The position numbers and the translations under genes are program-made. From the NCBI RefSeq assembly GCF_013315695.1, contig NZ_CP054353.1: a DNA stretch of 64,000 bases; one strand, given 5' to 3'. Below the pieces are notes generated by a model. That model was not told the origin of the DNA. It worked only from the letters and a program-made list of their open reading frames with translations, and made no database searches. Below are positions 28,447 through 41,821 of the stretch, in pieces; within the stretch, counting starts at the first letter, position 1, and each line of letters starts with the position of its first letter. This stretch comes from Escherichia coli. GTDB lineage: Bacteria > Pseudomonadota > Gammaproteobacteria > Enterobacterales > Enterobacteriaceae.

Positions 28447-28868
28447 CCTCGCGCATACAGCCGGGCAGTGACGTCATCGTCTGCGCGGAAATGGACGAAC
28501 AGTGGGGCTATGTCGGGGCTAAATCGCGCCAGCGCTGGCTGTTTTACGCGTATGACAGGCTCCGGAAGACGGTTGTTGCGCACGTATTCGGTGAACGCAC
28601 TATGGCGACGCTGGGGCGTCTTATGAGCCTGCTGTCACCCTTTGACGTGGTGATATGGATGACGGATGGCTGGCCGCTGTATGAATCCCGCCTGAAGGGA
28701 AAGCTGCACGTAATCAGCAAGCGATATACGCAGCGAATTGAGCGGCATAACCTGAATCTGAGGCAGCACCTGGCACGGCTGGGACGGAAGTCGCTGTCGT
28801 TCTCAAAATCGGTGGAGCTGCATGACAAAGTCATCGGGCATTATCTGAACATAAAACACTATCAATAA
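28365..28868 (+). CDS. insB: IS1 InsB (expressed as InsAB' by -1 frameshift)
   Basis: 167-aa ORF overlapping insA. Confidence 0.9.
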
Positions 28869-28921
28869 GTTGGAGTCATTACCAATAGCGTCGTGGGTCG
28901 CTATTCACCTCTACTGATCGT

Positions 28922-30271
28922 TTACTCAAACAAATTAAAATGCAGCTTCTGCACCACCTGCTCGGCATCTTCGCCGGGCACCAGGAAGCACAGGTTATGG
29001 CTGGATGCGCCGTAACAAATCATGCGAATGTTGAACGGTTCCAGTACGCCGAATACCTCTTTGCCAACGCCGCAGGCTTTTGACAGGTCATTGCCAATCA
29101 ACGCGACCAGCGCCAGCCCCTCTTCCACTTCCACCCGGCACAGTGCGGAAAGCTCCATCAGCAGGGATTGCGTCAGCAAGGTATCGCCAGTGGAGGTTGA
29201 ACCGGTGGTATCAAGGGTTAATGCCACGCTCACTTCTGACGTGGTGATTAAGTCTACCGAAATATTATGCCGCGCGAGGATGCCGAAAACTTCCGCGAGG
29301 AAACCGCGAGAATGCAGCATATTCAGGCTGTGCAAAGTGAGCAGGGTCTGATTGCGACGAAGCGCCAGCGCGCGGAACAGCGGCGGATTTTCAGTTTTAT
29401 TGCACACCAGCGTACCACCTGCGCGTGGGTCTTTGCTGGAGCCGACAAAGACCGGGATATCGCTGCGTACTGCGGGTAGCAACGTTGCCGGATGCAGTAC
29501 TTTTGCACCAAAAGTTGCCATCTCTGCCGCTTCGGCAAACGCGATTTCATCAATGCGTTTTGCTGCGGAAACCACGCGTGGATCGGTGGTGTAGATGCCC
29601 GGGACGTCGGTCCAGATATCAACACGAGATGCGTGTAAAGCCTCCGCCAGCAAGGCTGCCGTATAATCGCTGCCTCCACGGCCAAGCGTCGTTGTACGAC
29701 CTTTATTTTCGCTACCGATAAATCCCTGGGTGATCACTAAGCCTTCATTGAGGCGTGGGAGCAGCTGCAGCGCGGTCAGTTCCGCCAGCGCGGCTACATC
29801 TGGCTCTGCACGACCAAATCGGTCGTTGGTACGCATCACTTTACGTACATCAAACCACTGTGCCTGAACATCGCGTTCGCGCAGGATTTCGACAAACAGC
29901 AGGGTCGACATCAGCTCGCCGTGGCTGACCAGTTCATCTGTCAGGGCCGGAGACGTTGCCAGCGCCGCCGCTTCTGCCAGAACAGTAATATTCTCCAGCA
30001 GACGTTCAATCTCTTCACGGATAACGTTCGGGTAACGCAGACGTTCCAGAATGGCAAACTGGATATTGCGGATTGCGTCGAGTTTTTCGAATCGCTCGCC
30101 AGGTTCCAGTCCTTCAGCTAAAGCGACCAGCAGATTAGTGATACCAGCAGAAGCCGAGAGGACAACTAAACGCACGTTGGCATCAGAAAGCACAATATCA
30201 GCGCTGCGGTTCATGGCGTCAAAATCAGCTACGCTGGTACCGCCAAATTTGGAGACAACAATTTCAGACAT
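28922..30271 (-). CDS. lysC: lysine-sensitive aspartokinase III
   Basis: 449-aa ORF MSEIVVSKFGGTSVADFDAM... Confidence 0.95.
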   Translation of the reverse strand: MSEIVVSKFGGTSVADFDAMNRSADIVLSDANVRLVVLSASAGITNLLVALAEGLEPGERFEKLDAIRNIQFAILERLRYPNVIREEIERLLENITVLAEAAALATSPALTDELVSHGELMSTLLFVEILRERDVQAQWFDVRKVMRTNDRFGRAEPDVAALAELTALQLLPRLNEGLVITQGFIGSENKGRTTTLGRGGSDYTAALLAEALHASRVDIWTDVPGIYTTDPRVVSAAKRIDEIAFAEAAEMATFGAKVLHPATLLPAVRSDIPVFVGSSKDPRAGGTLVCNKTENPPLFRALALRRNQTLLTLHSLNMLHSRGFLAEVFGILARHNISVDLITTSEVSVALTLDTTGSTSTGDTLLTQSLLMELSALCRVEVEEGLALVALIGNDLSKACGVGKEVFGVLEPFNIRMICYGASSHNLCFLVPGEDAEQVVQKLHFNLFE

Positions 30272-30299
30272 AACTACCTCGTGTCAGGGGATCCATTTT

Positions 30300-30555
30300 C
30301 AGCCTTGGCACAAGGGAAGAGCGGAAGACGGGTGGGCGCAGAGCGATACTTCGCTACTATTTTCACCCAGAAGTGCTCCACCACTTGCGAAACGCCCGAC
30401 TGCGAACGCTTCTGGTGACAACCCAGGGGATTCAGCCCCTGTAGCCGATGATGAACGTGGCCAGCCGTTCAATCACCTCGGCGATGCACCCCCTCAGGTG
30501 TTATCACAGGACTGGCTCCTCCAACACCGTTACTTGGGCAACGCGCCTCTTCTGG
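30300..30555 (-). ncRNA. lysine riboswitch (L-box) in lysC leader
   Basis: Minus-strand leader reads GAGGCGCGUUGCCCAAGUAACGGUGUUGGAGGAGCCAGUCCUGUGAUAACACCUGAGGGGGUGC...; lysC leader is a known lysine riboswitch; boundaries approximate. Confidence 0.75.
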
Positions 30556-30795
30556 CCTGCGCTAGCGCAGGTAGTACATTTATAAATAAAGGGTGAGCGG
30601 GGCGGTTGTCAACGATGGGGTCATGCGGATTTTTCATCCACTCCTGGCGGTCAGTAGTTCAGCTAATAAATGCTTCACTGCGCTAAGGGTTTACACTCAA
30701 CATTACGCTAACGGCACTAAAACCATCACATTTTTCTGTGACTGGCGCTACAATCTTCCAAAGTCACAATTCTCAAAATCAGAAGAGTATTGCTA

Positions 30796-32445
30796 ATGAA
30801 AAACATCAATCCAACGCAGACCGCTGCCTGGCAGGCACTACAGAAACACTTCGATGAAATGAAAGACGTTACGATCGCCGATCTTTTTGCTAAAGACGGC
30901 GATCGTTTTTCTAAGTTCTCCGCAACCTTCGACGATCAGATGCTGGTGGATTACTCCAAAAACCGCATCACTGAAGAGACGCTGGCGAAATTACAAGATC
31001 TGGCGAAAGAGTGCGATCTGGCGGGCGCGATTAAGTCGATGTTCTCTGGCGAGAAGATCAACCGCACTGAAAACCGCGCCGTACTGCACGTAGCGCTGCG
31101 TAACCGTAGCAATACTCCGATTCTGGTTGATGGCAAAGATGTTATGCCGGAAGTCAACGCGGTGCTGGAGAAGATGAAAACCTTCTCGGAAGCGATTATT
31201 TCCGGTGAGTGGAAAGGCTATACCGGCAAAGCAATCACTGACGTAGTGAACATCGGGATCGGCGGTTCTGACCTCGGCCCGTACATGGTGACTGAAGCAC
31301 TGCGTCCATACAAAAACCACCTGAACATGCACTTTGTTTCTAACGTCGATGGGACTCACATCGCGGAAGTGCTGAAAAAAGTAAACCCGGAAACCACGCT
31401 GTTCCTGGTAGCATCTAAAACCTTCACCACTCAGGAAACCATGACCAACGCCCATAGCGCGCGTGACTGGTTCCTAAAAGCGGCAGGTGATGAGAAACAC
31501 GTTGCGAAACACTTTGCGGCGCTTTCCACCAACGCCAAAGCCGTTGGCGAGTTTGGTATTGATACTGCCAACATGTTCGAATTCTGGGACTGGGTCGGCG
31601 GTCGTTACTCTTTGTGGTCAGCGATTGGCCTGTCGATTGTTCTCTCCATCGGCTTTGATAACTTCGTTGAACTGCTTTCTGGCGCACACGCGATGGACAA
31701 GCATTTCTCCACCACGCCTGCCGAGAAAAACCTGCCTGTACTGCTGGCGCTGATTGGCATCTGGTACAACAATTTCTTTGGCGCGGAAACTGAAGCGATT
31801 CTGCCTTATGACCAGTATATGCACCGTTTCGCGGCGTACTTCCAGCAGGGCAATATGGAGTCCAACGGTAAGTATGTTGACCGTAACGGTAAGGTTGTGG
31901 ATTACCAGACTGGCCCGATTATCTGGGGTGAACCAGGTACGAACGGTCAGCACGCGTTCTATCAGCTGATCCACCAGGGAACCAAAATGGTACCGTGCGA
32001 TTTCATCGCTCCGGCTATCACCCATAACCCGCTCTCTGATCATCACCAGAAACTGCTGTCTAACTTCTTTGCTCAGACCGAAGCGCTGGCGTTTGGTAAA
32101 TCCCGCGAAGTGGTTGAGCAGGAATATCGCGATCAGGGTAAAGATCCGGCAACGCTTGACTACGTGGTGCCGTTCAAAGTGTTCGAAGGTAACCGCCCGA
32201 CCAACTCCATCCTGCTGCGTGAAATCACTCCGTTCAGCCTGGGTGCGTTGATTGCGCTGTATGAGCACAAAATCTTTACTCAGGGCGTGATCCTGAACAT
32301 CTTCACCTTCGACCAGTGGGGCGTGGAACTGGGTAAACAGCTGGCGAACCGTATTCTGCCAGAGCTGAAAGATGACAAAGAAATCAGCAGCCACGATAGC
32401 TCGACCAATGGTCTGATTAACCGCTATAAAGCGTGGCGCGGTTAA
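30796..32445 (+). CDS. pgi: glucose-6-phosphate isomerase
   Basis: ORF; start at [13 protein letters not shown] (549 aa). Confidence 0.95.
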
Positions 32446-32462
32446 TTAAATAACCTTAATAA

Positions 32463-32491
32463 AAATGCCGACGTTATGTCGGCATTTTTTA
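32463..32491 (+). terminator. pgi terminator
   Basis: ATGCCGAC-gtta-TGTCGGCAT hairpin then TTTTTT. Confidence 0.8.
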
Positions 32492-32797
32492 TCAGATAAA
32501 TCCCCTTGTCTGTGATTTAACGGAAATCATACCGTGAGGTTAATCCTAAAATAGATTTTTAATCGTGATTGATTTCGGAAAATACGCAGAGTAATTACTT
32601 TTATTTTTATTTTAAGCTTATGATTTTTAGTGCTATTTATATATAAGCTGAAGCTTATATTTGATATTCATTCCAATTATCCTAAAACCCCATCACTAAT
32701 TCCCCGCGCCGTAATTCGCATGCTTTAGTTGTGTATACTCGATCCCGCCCGAAATGTTTTGGGTAAATCTCCATTCATTCAATGAAGGGAAATTGTT

Positions 32798-33040
32798 ATG
32801 AAAAAAGTTCTGTATGGCATTTTTGCCATATCTGCGCTTGCGGCGACTTCTGCGTGGGCTGCACCTGTACAGGTGGGCGAAGCGGCAGGATCGGCAGCAA
32901 CGTCGGTTTCGGCGGGTAGTTCCTCCGCGACCAGCGTCAGCACCGTAAGCTCGGCGGTGGGTGTCGCGCTCGCGGCAACCGGTGGCGGTGATGGTTCTAA
33001 TACCGGGACCACCACAACCACGACCACCAGTACCCAGTAA
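32798..33040 (+). CDS. yjbE: secreted Gly/Ser/Thr-rich protein YjbE (yjbEFGH exopolysaccharide operon)
   Basis: 80-aa ORF with signal peptide and low-complexity tail; GAAGGGA RBS. Confidence 0.85.
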
Positions 33041-33153
33041 TAAAGTATGTATCCCCAAAATAATTCGAGTCATCGCATCTGTGGCTTGAAGTATGAAGGG
33101 ATTTACCATAACCACACTCCGGTGTGGTTATTCTGCCCCTCTGGAGAAGAGTC

Positions 33154-33792
33154 GTGAAGCGACCTGCACTCATTCTTATCTGCCTGCTATTACAGGCCTG
33201 TTCAGCCACGACTAAAGAGCTGGGCAATTCACTGTGGGACAGTCTGTTCGGTACGCCAGGCGTACAGCTGACGGACGATGATATTCAAAATATGCCCTAC
33301 GCCAGCCAGTACATGCAGCTTAATGGCGGGCCGCAGTTATTTGTGGTGCTGGCCTTCGCTGAAGACGGACAACAAAAATGGGTCACTCAGGATCAGGCCA
33401 CCCTTGTCACACAACATGGTCGTCTGGTGAAGACTTTGCTTGGCGGCGACAACCTGATTGAAGTGAATAACCTTGCCGCCGACCCGCTGATTAAACCCGC
33501 ACAAATCATTGATGGTGCAACCTGGACGCGCACGATGGGCTGGACCGAGTACCAGCAGGTACGCTACGCCACCGCGCGCTCAGTCTTCAAATGGAATGGC
33601 ACCGATACCGTCAAAGTCGGCAGCGATGAAACCCCGGTTCGCGTGCTGGACGAAGAAGTCTTTACTGACCAGGCGCGCTGGCATAACCGCTATTGGATCG
33701 ACAGCGAAGGGCAAATTCGCCAGTCGGAACAGTATCTCGGCGCGGATTACTTCCCGGTGAAAACCACCCTCATCAAGGCGGCAAAACAATGA
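33154..33792 (+). CDS. yjbF: lipoprotein YjbF
   Basis: ORF; GTG start at 33154 (212 aa) with GGAGAAGA RBS, lipobox LLQAC; alternative ATG 33124. Confidence 0.8.
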   Translation: MKRPALILICLLLQACSATTKELGNSLWDSLFGTPGVQLTDDDIQNMPYASQYMQLNGGPQLFVVLAFAEDGQQKWVTQDQATLVTQHGRLVKTLLGGDNLIEVNNLAADPLIKPAQIIDGATWTRTMGWTEYQQVRYATARSVFKWNGTDTVKVGSDETPVRVLDEEVFTDQARWHNRYWIDSEGQIRQSEQYLGADYFPVKTTLIKAAKQ

Positions 33793-34526
33793 TTAAACAA
33801 ACTATTGTCGCGTTGCTTTTGAGTGCGGGGGCGTCATCAGTCTTCGCGGCGGGAACCGTCAAGGTGTTCAGCAATGGCAGCAGTGAGGCTAAAACGCTGA
33901 CGGGCGCAGAGCATTTAATCGATCTGGTAGGCCAACCGCAGCTGGCAAACAGCTGGTGGCCTGGTGCGGTGATTAGCGAAGAGCTGGCCACGGCGGCAGC
34001 ATTGCGTCAGCAGCAGGCGTTGCTGACACGGCTGGCAGAACTGGCTGCAGATTCCAGCGCCGACGATGCCGCCGCAATTAACGCCTTACGCCAGCAAATT
34101 CAGGCGTTGAAAGTGACGGGCAGGCAAAAAATCAATCTTGATCCTGATATCGTCCGCGTTGCCGAACGCGGTAACCCGCCGTTGCAGGGCAACTACACGC
34201 TGTGGGTCGGACCGCCGCCGTCCACGGTCACGTTGTTCGGGCTTATCAGTCGTCCAGGCAAGCAGTCATTCACTCCAGGTCGCGACGTGGCGAGCTATCT
34301 CTCTGACCAGAGCCTGCTCAGCGGTGCGGATCGAAGCTACGCGTGGGTGGTTTACCCGGACGGACGCACGCAAAAAGCGCCGGTGGCTTACTGGAACAAG
34401 CGTCACGTAGAGCCGATGCCCGGCAGCATTATTTATGTTGGCCTCGCGGACTCCGTCTGGAGTGAGACGTCTGATGCCCTTAACGCCGACATTCTTCAGA
34501 CTCTGACGCAGCGGATACCCCAATAA
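33789..34526 (+). CDS. yjbG: periplasmic protein YjbG
   Basis: Start [11 protein letters not shown] overlaps yjbF stop (ATGA), 245 aa, signal peptide. Confidence 0.85.
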   Translation: MIKQTIVALLLSAGASSVFAAGTVKVFSNGSSEAKTLTGAEHLIDLVGQPQLANSWWPGAVISEELATAAALRQQQALLTRLAELAADSSADDAAAINALRQQIQALKVTGRQKINLDPDIVRVAERGNPPLQGNYTLWVGPPPSTVTLFGLISRPGKQSFTPGRDVASYLSDQSLLSGADRSYAWVVYPDGRTQKAPVAYWNKRHVEPMPGSIIYVGLADSVWSETSDALNADILQTLTQRIPQ

Positions 34527-36622
34527 TGAAAAAAAGACATCTGCTTAGCTTACTGGCGCTGGGCATTAGCACAGCTTGCTACGGCGAAACATATCCTGCG
34601 CCCATTGGTCCGTCGCAATCGGATTTCGGTGGCGTAGGATTATTACAAACGCCCACCGCGCGCATGGCGCGGGAAGGGGAGCTGAGCCTGAACTATCGCG
34701 ATAACGATCAGTACCGTTATTACTCAGCTTCAGTGCAACTCTTCCCGTGGCTGGAAACAACGCTGCGCTACACCGACGTGCGCACCCGGCAGTACAGCAG
34801 CGTAGAAGCATTCTCTGGCGATCAGACGTATAAAGATAAAGCCTTCGATCTCAAACTGCGTTTGTGGGAAGAGAGTTATTGGCTGCCGCAAGTGGCGGTT
34901 GGTGCGCGGGATATCGGCGGTACGGGGCTGTTTGATGCGGAATATCTTGTTGCCAGCAAAGCCTGGGGGCCGTTCGATTTTACGCTCGGCCTGGGCTGGG
35001 GATATCTGGGCACCAGCGGTAATGTGAAAAATCCGCTCTGTTCAGCCAGTGATAAATATTGCTATCGCGATAACAGCTACAAACAGGCGGGATCTATCGA
35101 CGGTAGCCAGATGTTCCACGGCCCGGCCTCACTGTTTGGCGGCGTGGAATACCAGACGCCCTGGCAACCGCTGCGCCTGAAACTGGAGTATGAAGGCAAT
35201 AATTATCAGCAGGATTTTGCCGGGAAGCTGGAGCAAAAAAGTAAGTTTAACGTCGGGGCGATTTATCGCGTTACCGATTGGGCCGACGTTAACCTTAGCT
35301 ATGAACGTGGCAACACCTTTATGTTTGGCGTCACGCTGCGCACCAACTTTAACGATCTGCGTCCTTCGTATAACGATAACGCCCGCCCGCAATATCAACC
35401 GCAGCCACAGGATGCCATTTTGCAGCATTCGGTGGTGGCGAATCAGTTAACGTTGCTGAAATACAACGCCGGACTGGCCGATCCGCAGATCCAGGCGAAA
35501 GGCGATACGCTGTATGTCACGGGCGAGCAGGTGAAATATCGTGATTCGCGCGAAGGGATCATCCGTGCTAATCGGATCGTGATGAACGATCTGCCGGATG
35601 GGATCAAAACGATCCGCATTACGGAAAATCGCCTTAACATGCCGCAGGTGACGACGGAAACCGATGTCGCCAGCCTGAAAAATCATCTCGCCGGAGAGCC
35701 GTTGGGCCACGAAACGAAGCTGGCGCAAAAACGCGTCGAGCCAGTGGTTCCGAAGTCCACCGAGCAGGGCTGGTATATCGACAAATCACGCTTTGATTTC
35801 CATATCGATCCGGTGCTGAACCAGTCGGTCGGTGGCCCGGAAAACTTTTACATGTATCAGCTGGGCGTGATGGGAACGGCGGATTTGTGGCTGACGGACC
35901 ATCTGCTGACCACCGGCAGCCTGTTTGCTAACCTGGCTAACAACTACGACAAGTTTAACTACACCAATCCGCCGCAGGACTCGCACTTACCGCGCGTTCG
36001 TACCCATGTGCGCGAGTATGTGCAGAATGATGTCTATGTGAATAACCTGCAAGCCAACTACTTCCAGCATCTGGGCAACGGCTTCTACGGTCAGGTCTAC
36101 GGTGGTTATCTCGAAACCATGTTTGGCGGTGCGGGGGCAGAAGTGTTGTATCGCCCGCTGGACAGCAACTGGGCGTTTGGTCTGGATGCCAACTACGTTA
36201 AACAGCGCGACTGGCGTAGTGCAAAAGATATGATGAAATTCACCGACTACAGCGTGAAAACCGGACATCTGACCGCCTACTGGACGCCATCTTTCGCTCA
36301 GGATGTGTTAGTGAAAGCCAGCGTCGGGCAGTATCTGGCTGGGGATAAAGGCGGCACGCTGGAGATCGCCAAACGCTTTGATAGCGGCGTGGTAGTGGGG
36401 GGCTATGCCACCATCACGAATGTTTCGAAAGAGGAGTACGGCGAAGGGGACTTCACCAAAGGCGTATATGTCTCTGTACCGCTGGATCTCTTCTCGTCTG
36501 GCCCAACACGCAGTCGTGCGGCAATTGGCTGGACGCCGCTGACGCGTGACGGTGGTCAGCAACTTGGGCGTAAGTTCCAGTTGTATGACATGACCAGCGA
36601 CCGTAGCGTCAATTTCCGCTAA
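34526..36622 (+). CDS. yjbH: outer-membrane lipoprotein YjbH (GfcD-like)
   Basis: 698-aa ORF; start overlaps yjbG stop (TAATG); C-terminal aromatic residue typical of beta-barrels. Confidence 0.88.
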   Translation: MKKRHLLSLLALGISTACYGETYPAPIGPSQSDFGGVGLLQTPTARMAREGELSLNYRDNDQYRYYSASVQLFPWLETTLRYTDVRTRQYSSVEAFSGDQTYKDKAFDLKLRLWEESYWLPQVAVGARDIGGTGLFDAEYLVASKAWGPFDFTLGLGWGYLGTSGNVKNPLCSASDKYCYRDNSYKQAGSIDGSQMFHGPASLFGGVEYQTPWQPLRLKLEYEGNNYQQDFAGKLEQKSKFNVGAIYRVTDWADVNLSYERGNTFMFGVTLRTNFNDLRPSYNDNARPQYQPQPQDAILQHSVVANQLTLLKYNAGLADPQIQAKGDTLYVTGEQVKYRDSREGIIRANRIVMNDLPDGIKTIRITENRLNMPQVTTETDVASLKNHLAGEPLGHETKLAQKRVEPVVPKSTEQGWYIDKSRFDFHIDPVLNQSVGGPENFYMYQLGVMGTADLWLTDHLLTTGSLFANLANNYDKFNYTNPPQDSHLPRVRTHVREYVQNDVYVNNLQANYFQHLGNGFYGQVYGGYLETMFGGAGAEVLYRPLDSNWAFGLDANYVKQRDWRSAKDMMKFTDYSVKTGHLTAYWTPSFAQDVLVKASVGQYLAGDKGGTLEIAKRFDSGVVVGGYATITNVSKEEYGEGDFTKGVYVSVPLDLFSSGPTRSRAAIGWTPLTRDGGQQLGRKFQLYDMTSDRSVNFR

Positions 36623-36633
36623 GTCATGGGAAA

Positions 36634-36670
36634 GGTGCCAGTTTTCGCACTCACTGGCACCTTTATTCTT
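36634..36670. terminator. bidirectional terminator between yjbH and yjbT
   Basis: GGTGCCAGT ... ACTGGCACC hairpin followed by TTTATTCTT. Confidence 0.6.
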
Positions 36671-36947
36671 AATGGCCTGTCGAGCCATCAGGAACGCAGT
36701 TCACCCCCGGTTTGCGATCTGGTGTGTAAAGGCGAAAACATTCTGTCTTCCTGTCCGTCGATATTGGTTGCAGGTCTGGTTGCCTGAGCGACTGGGCCAT
36801 CATTGGGCTGGAGACATTGCTTTGCGGTAGGTCGGTTTTATCAGCAGTACCGAGCGGACCAGCATAAGCAGGAAGAACAGAGACTGATAACATCAAAGCA
36901 GCAAAATAAGGCTTCATTTTTACCACCTTTATCAGGTTACGTTTCAT
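36669..36947 (-). CDS. yjbT: small secreted protein YjbT
   Basis: 92-aa ORF with signal peptide (AYAGP); alternative start at MKPYFAAL (36917). Confidence 0.6.
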   Translation of the reverse strand: MKRNLIKVVKMKPYFAALMLSVSVLPAYAGPLGTADKTDLPQSNVSSPMMAQSLRQPDLQPISTDRKTECFRLYTPDRKPGVNCVPDGSTGH

Positions 36948-37161
36948 TTGTTCCAGAGGAACATTGTCGATTTTTTGCGCATTGCTGGTGGCTGGGAATC
37001 ACCTGAATGGGTGATTTTTTTGGGCTGTGTGTTTTGCCAGATGCGACGTTGATGGGAGATGCCCACTTAATCTAGCTGAACAAAACATACACAAAAAATA
37101 TAGATCTCCGTCACATTTTTGCGTTATACAGGAAGCTCGCCACTGTGAAGGAGGTACTGCT

Positions 37162-37572
37162 ATGACGTCACTCTCTCGTCCGCGCGTGGAGTTTATCTCC
37201 ACCATTTTGCAGACCGTACTCAATCTTGGCCTGCTGTGCCTCGGCCTGATTTTGGTTGTCTTCCTCGGCAAAGAAACGGTGCATCTGGCTGATGTGCTGT
37301 TCGCGCCAGAACAAACCAGCAAATATGAGCTGGTAGAAGGGCTGGTGGTTTACTTTCTCTATTTCGAATTTATCGCGCTGATTGTGAAGTACTTTCAGTC
37401 CGGTTTTCACTTCCCGCTACGTTACTTTGTCTATATTGGGATCACCGCCATTGTGTGCTTGATCATCGTCGATCATAAATCACCACTGGATGTGTTGATC
37501 TACTCGGCAGCGATCCTGTTACTGGTGATCACCCTGTGGTTGTGTAATTCGAAACGGCTGAAGCGGGAGTAA
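37162..37572 (+). CDS. psiE: phosphate-starvation-inducible membrane protein PsiE
   Basis: Start [11 protein letters not shown] (136 aa) with GAAGGAGG RBS. Confidence 0.9.
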   Translation: MTSLSRPRVEFISTILQTVLNLGLLCLGLILVVFLGKETVHLADVLFAPEQTSKYELVEGLVVYFLYFEFIALIVKYFQSGFHFPLRYFVYIGITAIVCLIIVDHKSPLDVLIYSAAILLLVITLWLCNSKRLKRE

Positions 37573-37600
37573 AAAAAGGCGCTCCGTGGAGCGCCGAATA
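37573..37600. terminator. bidirectional terminator between psiE and malG
   Basis: AAAAAA-GGCGCTCC-gt-GGAGCGCC hairpin. Confidence 0.65.
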
Positions 37601-37665
37601 ACAGTCACAAGTTGGGATAACGTAAGTTGAGGGTGCAGCGGCATAACATTGGCAGAACAACATCT

Positions 37666-38556
37666 TTAACCTTTCACACCACCTGCCGTCAGGCCGTTGA
37701 CCAGCCAGCGTTGAGCCAGCAAGAAGACGATGGTGATCGGTAATGCAGACATCACGGCAGCGGCGGCAAAGTCACCCCACAGGTAGTTTTGCGGGTTGAG
37801 GTATTGCTGCATCCCCACAGCCAGGGTGTAGCTGTTTACGTCACGCAGTAATAGCGACGCGACCGGAACTTCAGTAATGGCAGCGATAAACGACAGGATG
37901 AACACCACCGCCAGAATCGGTACTGACAGCGGCAACAGGACAAGGCGGAAGGCCTGCCACGGTGTCGCACCATCCAGCGCCGCCGCTTCTTCCAGCGAAC
38001 TGTCGATGGTTTCGAAATAACCTTTGATGGTCCAGACATGCAGCGCAATCCCGCCCAGATACGCGAAAATTACGCCGCCGTGAGTATTCAGGCCAATGAA
38101 TGGAATGTACTCACCCAGACGATCAAACAACGCATACAACGCGACCAGTGAAAGTACTGCCGGGAACATCTGGAAAATCAGCATTCCTTTCAGCAGCGTC
38201 GCTTTGCCTGGAAAGCGCATACGGGCGAAAGCGTAGGCGCAGGTGGTGGAGAGCGCCACAATGCCAATCGCGGAAATCCCGGCGACCTTTACCGAGTTCC
38301 ACAGCCACAGCAGTACCGGGAATGGCGGTGGCGTAATGCGGCCATCAGCCTGTTCCACACTAAAACCTAACGCCAGTTTCCAGTGATCCCAGGAGATTTG
38401 CTCCGGGATCAGGCTGCCAGTCGCGAAGTTCCCCTGACGCAGCGAGATGGCGACGACCATCAGCAGCGGGAACATAATCGCCGCGATAAAAAGTAGCAGT
38501 AGCAGGTGAGTAATAAACAAACGTGCTTTTTGCGATTTCGGTTGGACCATTGCCAT
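37666..38556 (-). CDS. malG: maltose ABC transporter permease MalG
   Basis: 296-aa ORF. Confidence 0.95.
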
Positions 38557-38570
38557 TTTTGTTATCTCCC

Positions 38571-40115
38571 TTAATCAAACTTCATTCGCGTGGCTTTCAG
38601 GTTCACTATCGCCAGCGCACCCACCAGCAGGAAGATCAGCGTGGCAATTGCTGCTGCCAGACCGAAGTCCTGACCCCCGCCGCCTTCAAAAGCGATGCGG
38701 TAGGTGTAGTTAACAAGCAGGTCGGTATAACCGGCTGGCGTGGTCGTGCCAAGACGATCCGGGCCGCCGTTGGTTAACAGTTGAATCAGCACGAAGTTGT
38801 TAAAGTTAAAGGCGAAGCTGGCGATCATCAGCGGCGTCAGCGGTTTAATCAGCAGCGGCAGCGTAATCTTAAAGAAGTTCTGGAACGGACCTGCGCCATC
38901 CATTGCTGAGGCTTCATACAAATCGTCCGGAATCGCTTTCAGCAAGCCCATGCAGAGGATCATCATGTACGGATAACCCAGCCAGGTATTGACGATAATC
39001 AGCATCGTTCGGGCGGTGGTCGGATCGCTGAACCAGGCGGGCTTCACGCCAAACAGCGCGCTCAACATCATGTTGATCTCACCGAAGCTCTGGTTAAACA
39101 ACCCTTTGAAAATCAAGATTGAAATGAACGATGGCACCGCGTAGGGCAGAATAAGCAGGACGCGATAGACCGCTTTGCCGCGCAACGCTTCCCACTGCAC
39201 CAGACACGCCAGAACCATGCCGACCGCCACCGTTAAAAAGACAGTGATCAGCGAGAACACCACGGTCCAGACGAAAATGGCGAGGAACGGTTTCTGAATG
39301 CCTTCGTCGGTAAAGACGCGGGTAAAGTTTTTCCAGCCGGTGGTCACGGTGTAACCGGGGCTTAGCTTTTCATCACCCCAGTTGCCGTCAGCAGTGATGG
39401 ACTGGTAAAAACCAATCTGGTCGTTTGGACGATATTTTACGCCACTCTGATTATTGGTCAGCGTGCCGTCACCGTCGAGTGTGTAGAGCGGCTGCGTGCC
39501 AGAAAACTGGCGCAGGGAGCTCATCATCACTTTGTTGCCATCCGGCAGAATGGCGGTAATGTCACTCAGTGCCTGACGATTCTGGGTAATCACGCGCAGA
39601 TTCGCGCGTTCGCCTTCGGGCTGGGCGGTCGTTTCTTTCAGTTGCAGTTTTTGCTCGCCGCCAAATTTAAACGCGTCGGAGAGGTAATTTTTGCCGGTTT
39701 CGCCGTCGCTGAGCGCCAGTTGCCACTCATCGCCCGCCGGGTAAAGACCAAAATTATAGGTTTTGCCTGCTTGCCAGGAGCGATCTAACAACACTTCCTG
39801 CGCACGTTCAAAAGTCAGCTGGTTAGTGCTGCTGTAGTTGGTAAAGGCAATGGCGATGGTGCAGACCAAAGGGAAGAGGACGAATAATCCCATTCCAGCC
39901 ATTCCCGGGTAAACATAGCGCCAGGCGTAGGCTTTACGATTGGCGAAAATATACAGCCCCGCTGAACTCAATATCAGCGTGGTAATGGCGAACAGGTATT
40001 CCCCTTGTGCGTACATTAAAACAACAAGGTAACCCACCAGCAGGCCGAGCAGACCTAACACTGACCATTTCAGCGCGTCGCTTTGCCACCAATGTTTCTT
40101 TTTAATGACATCCAT
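38571..40115 (-). CDS. malF: maltose ABC transporter permease MalF
   Basis: Start [12 protein letters not shown] (514 aa). Confidence 0.95.
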   Translation of the reverse strand: MDVIKKKHWWQSDALKWSVLGLLGLLVGYLVVLMYAQGEYLFAITTLILSSAGLYIFANRKAYAWRYVYPGMAGMGLFVLFPLVCTIAIAFTNYSSTNQLTFERAQEVLLDRSWQAGKTYNFGLYPAGDEWQLALSDGETGKNYLSDAFKFGGEQKLQLKETTAQPEGERANLRVITQNRQALSDITAILPDGNKVMMSSLRQFSGTQPLYTLDGDGTLTNNQSGVKYRPNDQIGFYQSITADGNWGDEKLSPGYTVTTGWKNFTRVFTDEGIQKPFLAIFVWTVVFSLITVFLTVAVGMVLACLVQWEALRGKAVYRVLLILPYAVPSFISILIFKGLFNQSFGEINMMLSALFGVKPAWFSDPTTARTMLIIVNTWLGYPYMMILCMGLLKAIPDDLYEASAMDGAGPFQNFFKITLPLLIKPLTPLMIASFAFNFNNFVLIQLLTNGGPDRLGTTTPAGYTDLLVNYTYRIAFEGGGGQDFGLAAAIATLIFLLVGALAIVNLKATRMKFD

Positions 40116-40133
40116 GGGGTTCTTCCTCATTCC

Positions 40134-40259
40134 AGGACGGATAAGGCTTTCATACCTTATCCGACAACAACTGCCTGATGCGACGCTGACGCGTCTTATC
40201 AGGCCTACATACGTTTCAATTTCGTAGGCCGGATAAGGCGTTTACCGCATCCGGCATTT
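40134..40259. repeat. REP/BIME cluster between malF and malE
   Basis: GCCTGATGCGACGCTGACGCGTCTTATCAGGCCTACA and GCCGGATAAGGCGTTTACCGCATCCGGCA units. Confidence 0.8.
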
Positions 40260-40266
40260 CACAGCA

Positions 40267-41821
<1,555 letters not shown>

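Larger units (their letters stand above)
28116..28883 (+). mobile_element. IS1 insertion sequence (768 bp), copy 1
   Basis: Ends GGTGATGCTGCCAACTTACTGAT ... AAGTTGGAGTCATTACC; flanking 9-mers differ (AAGTGATTT vs AATAGCGTC). Confidence 0.95.

Noticed and set aside
31618-32394. 258-aa minus-strand ORF
   Set aside because: Antisense within pgi.
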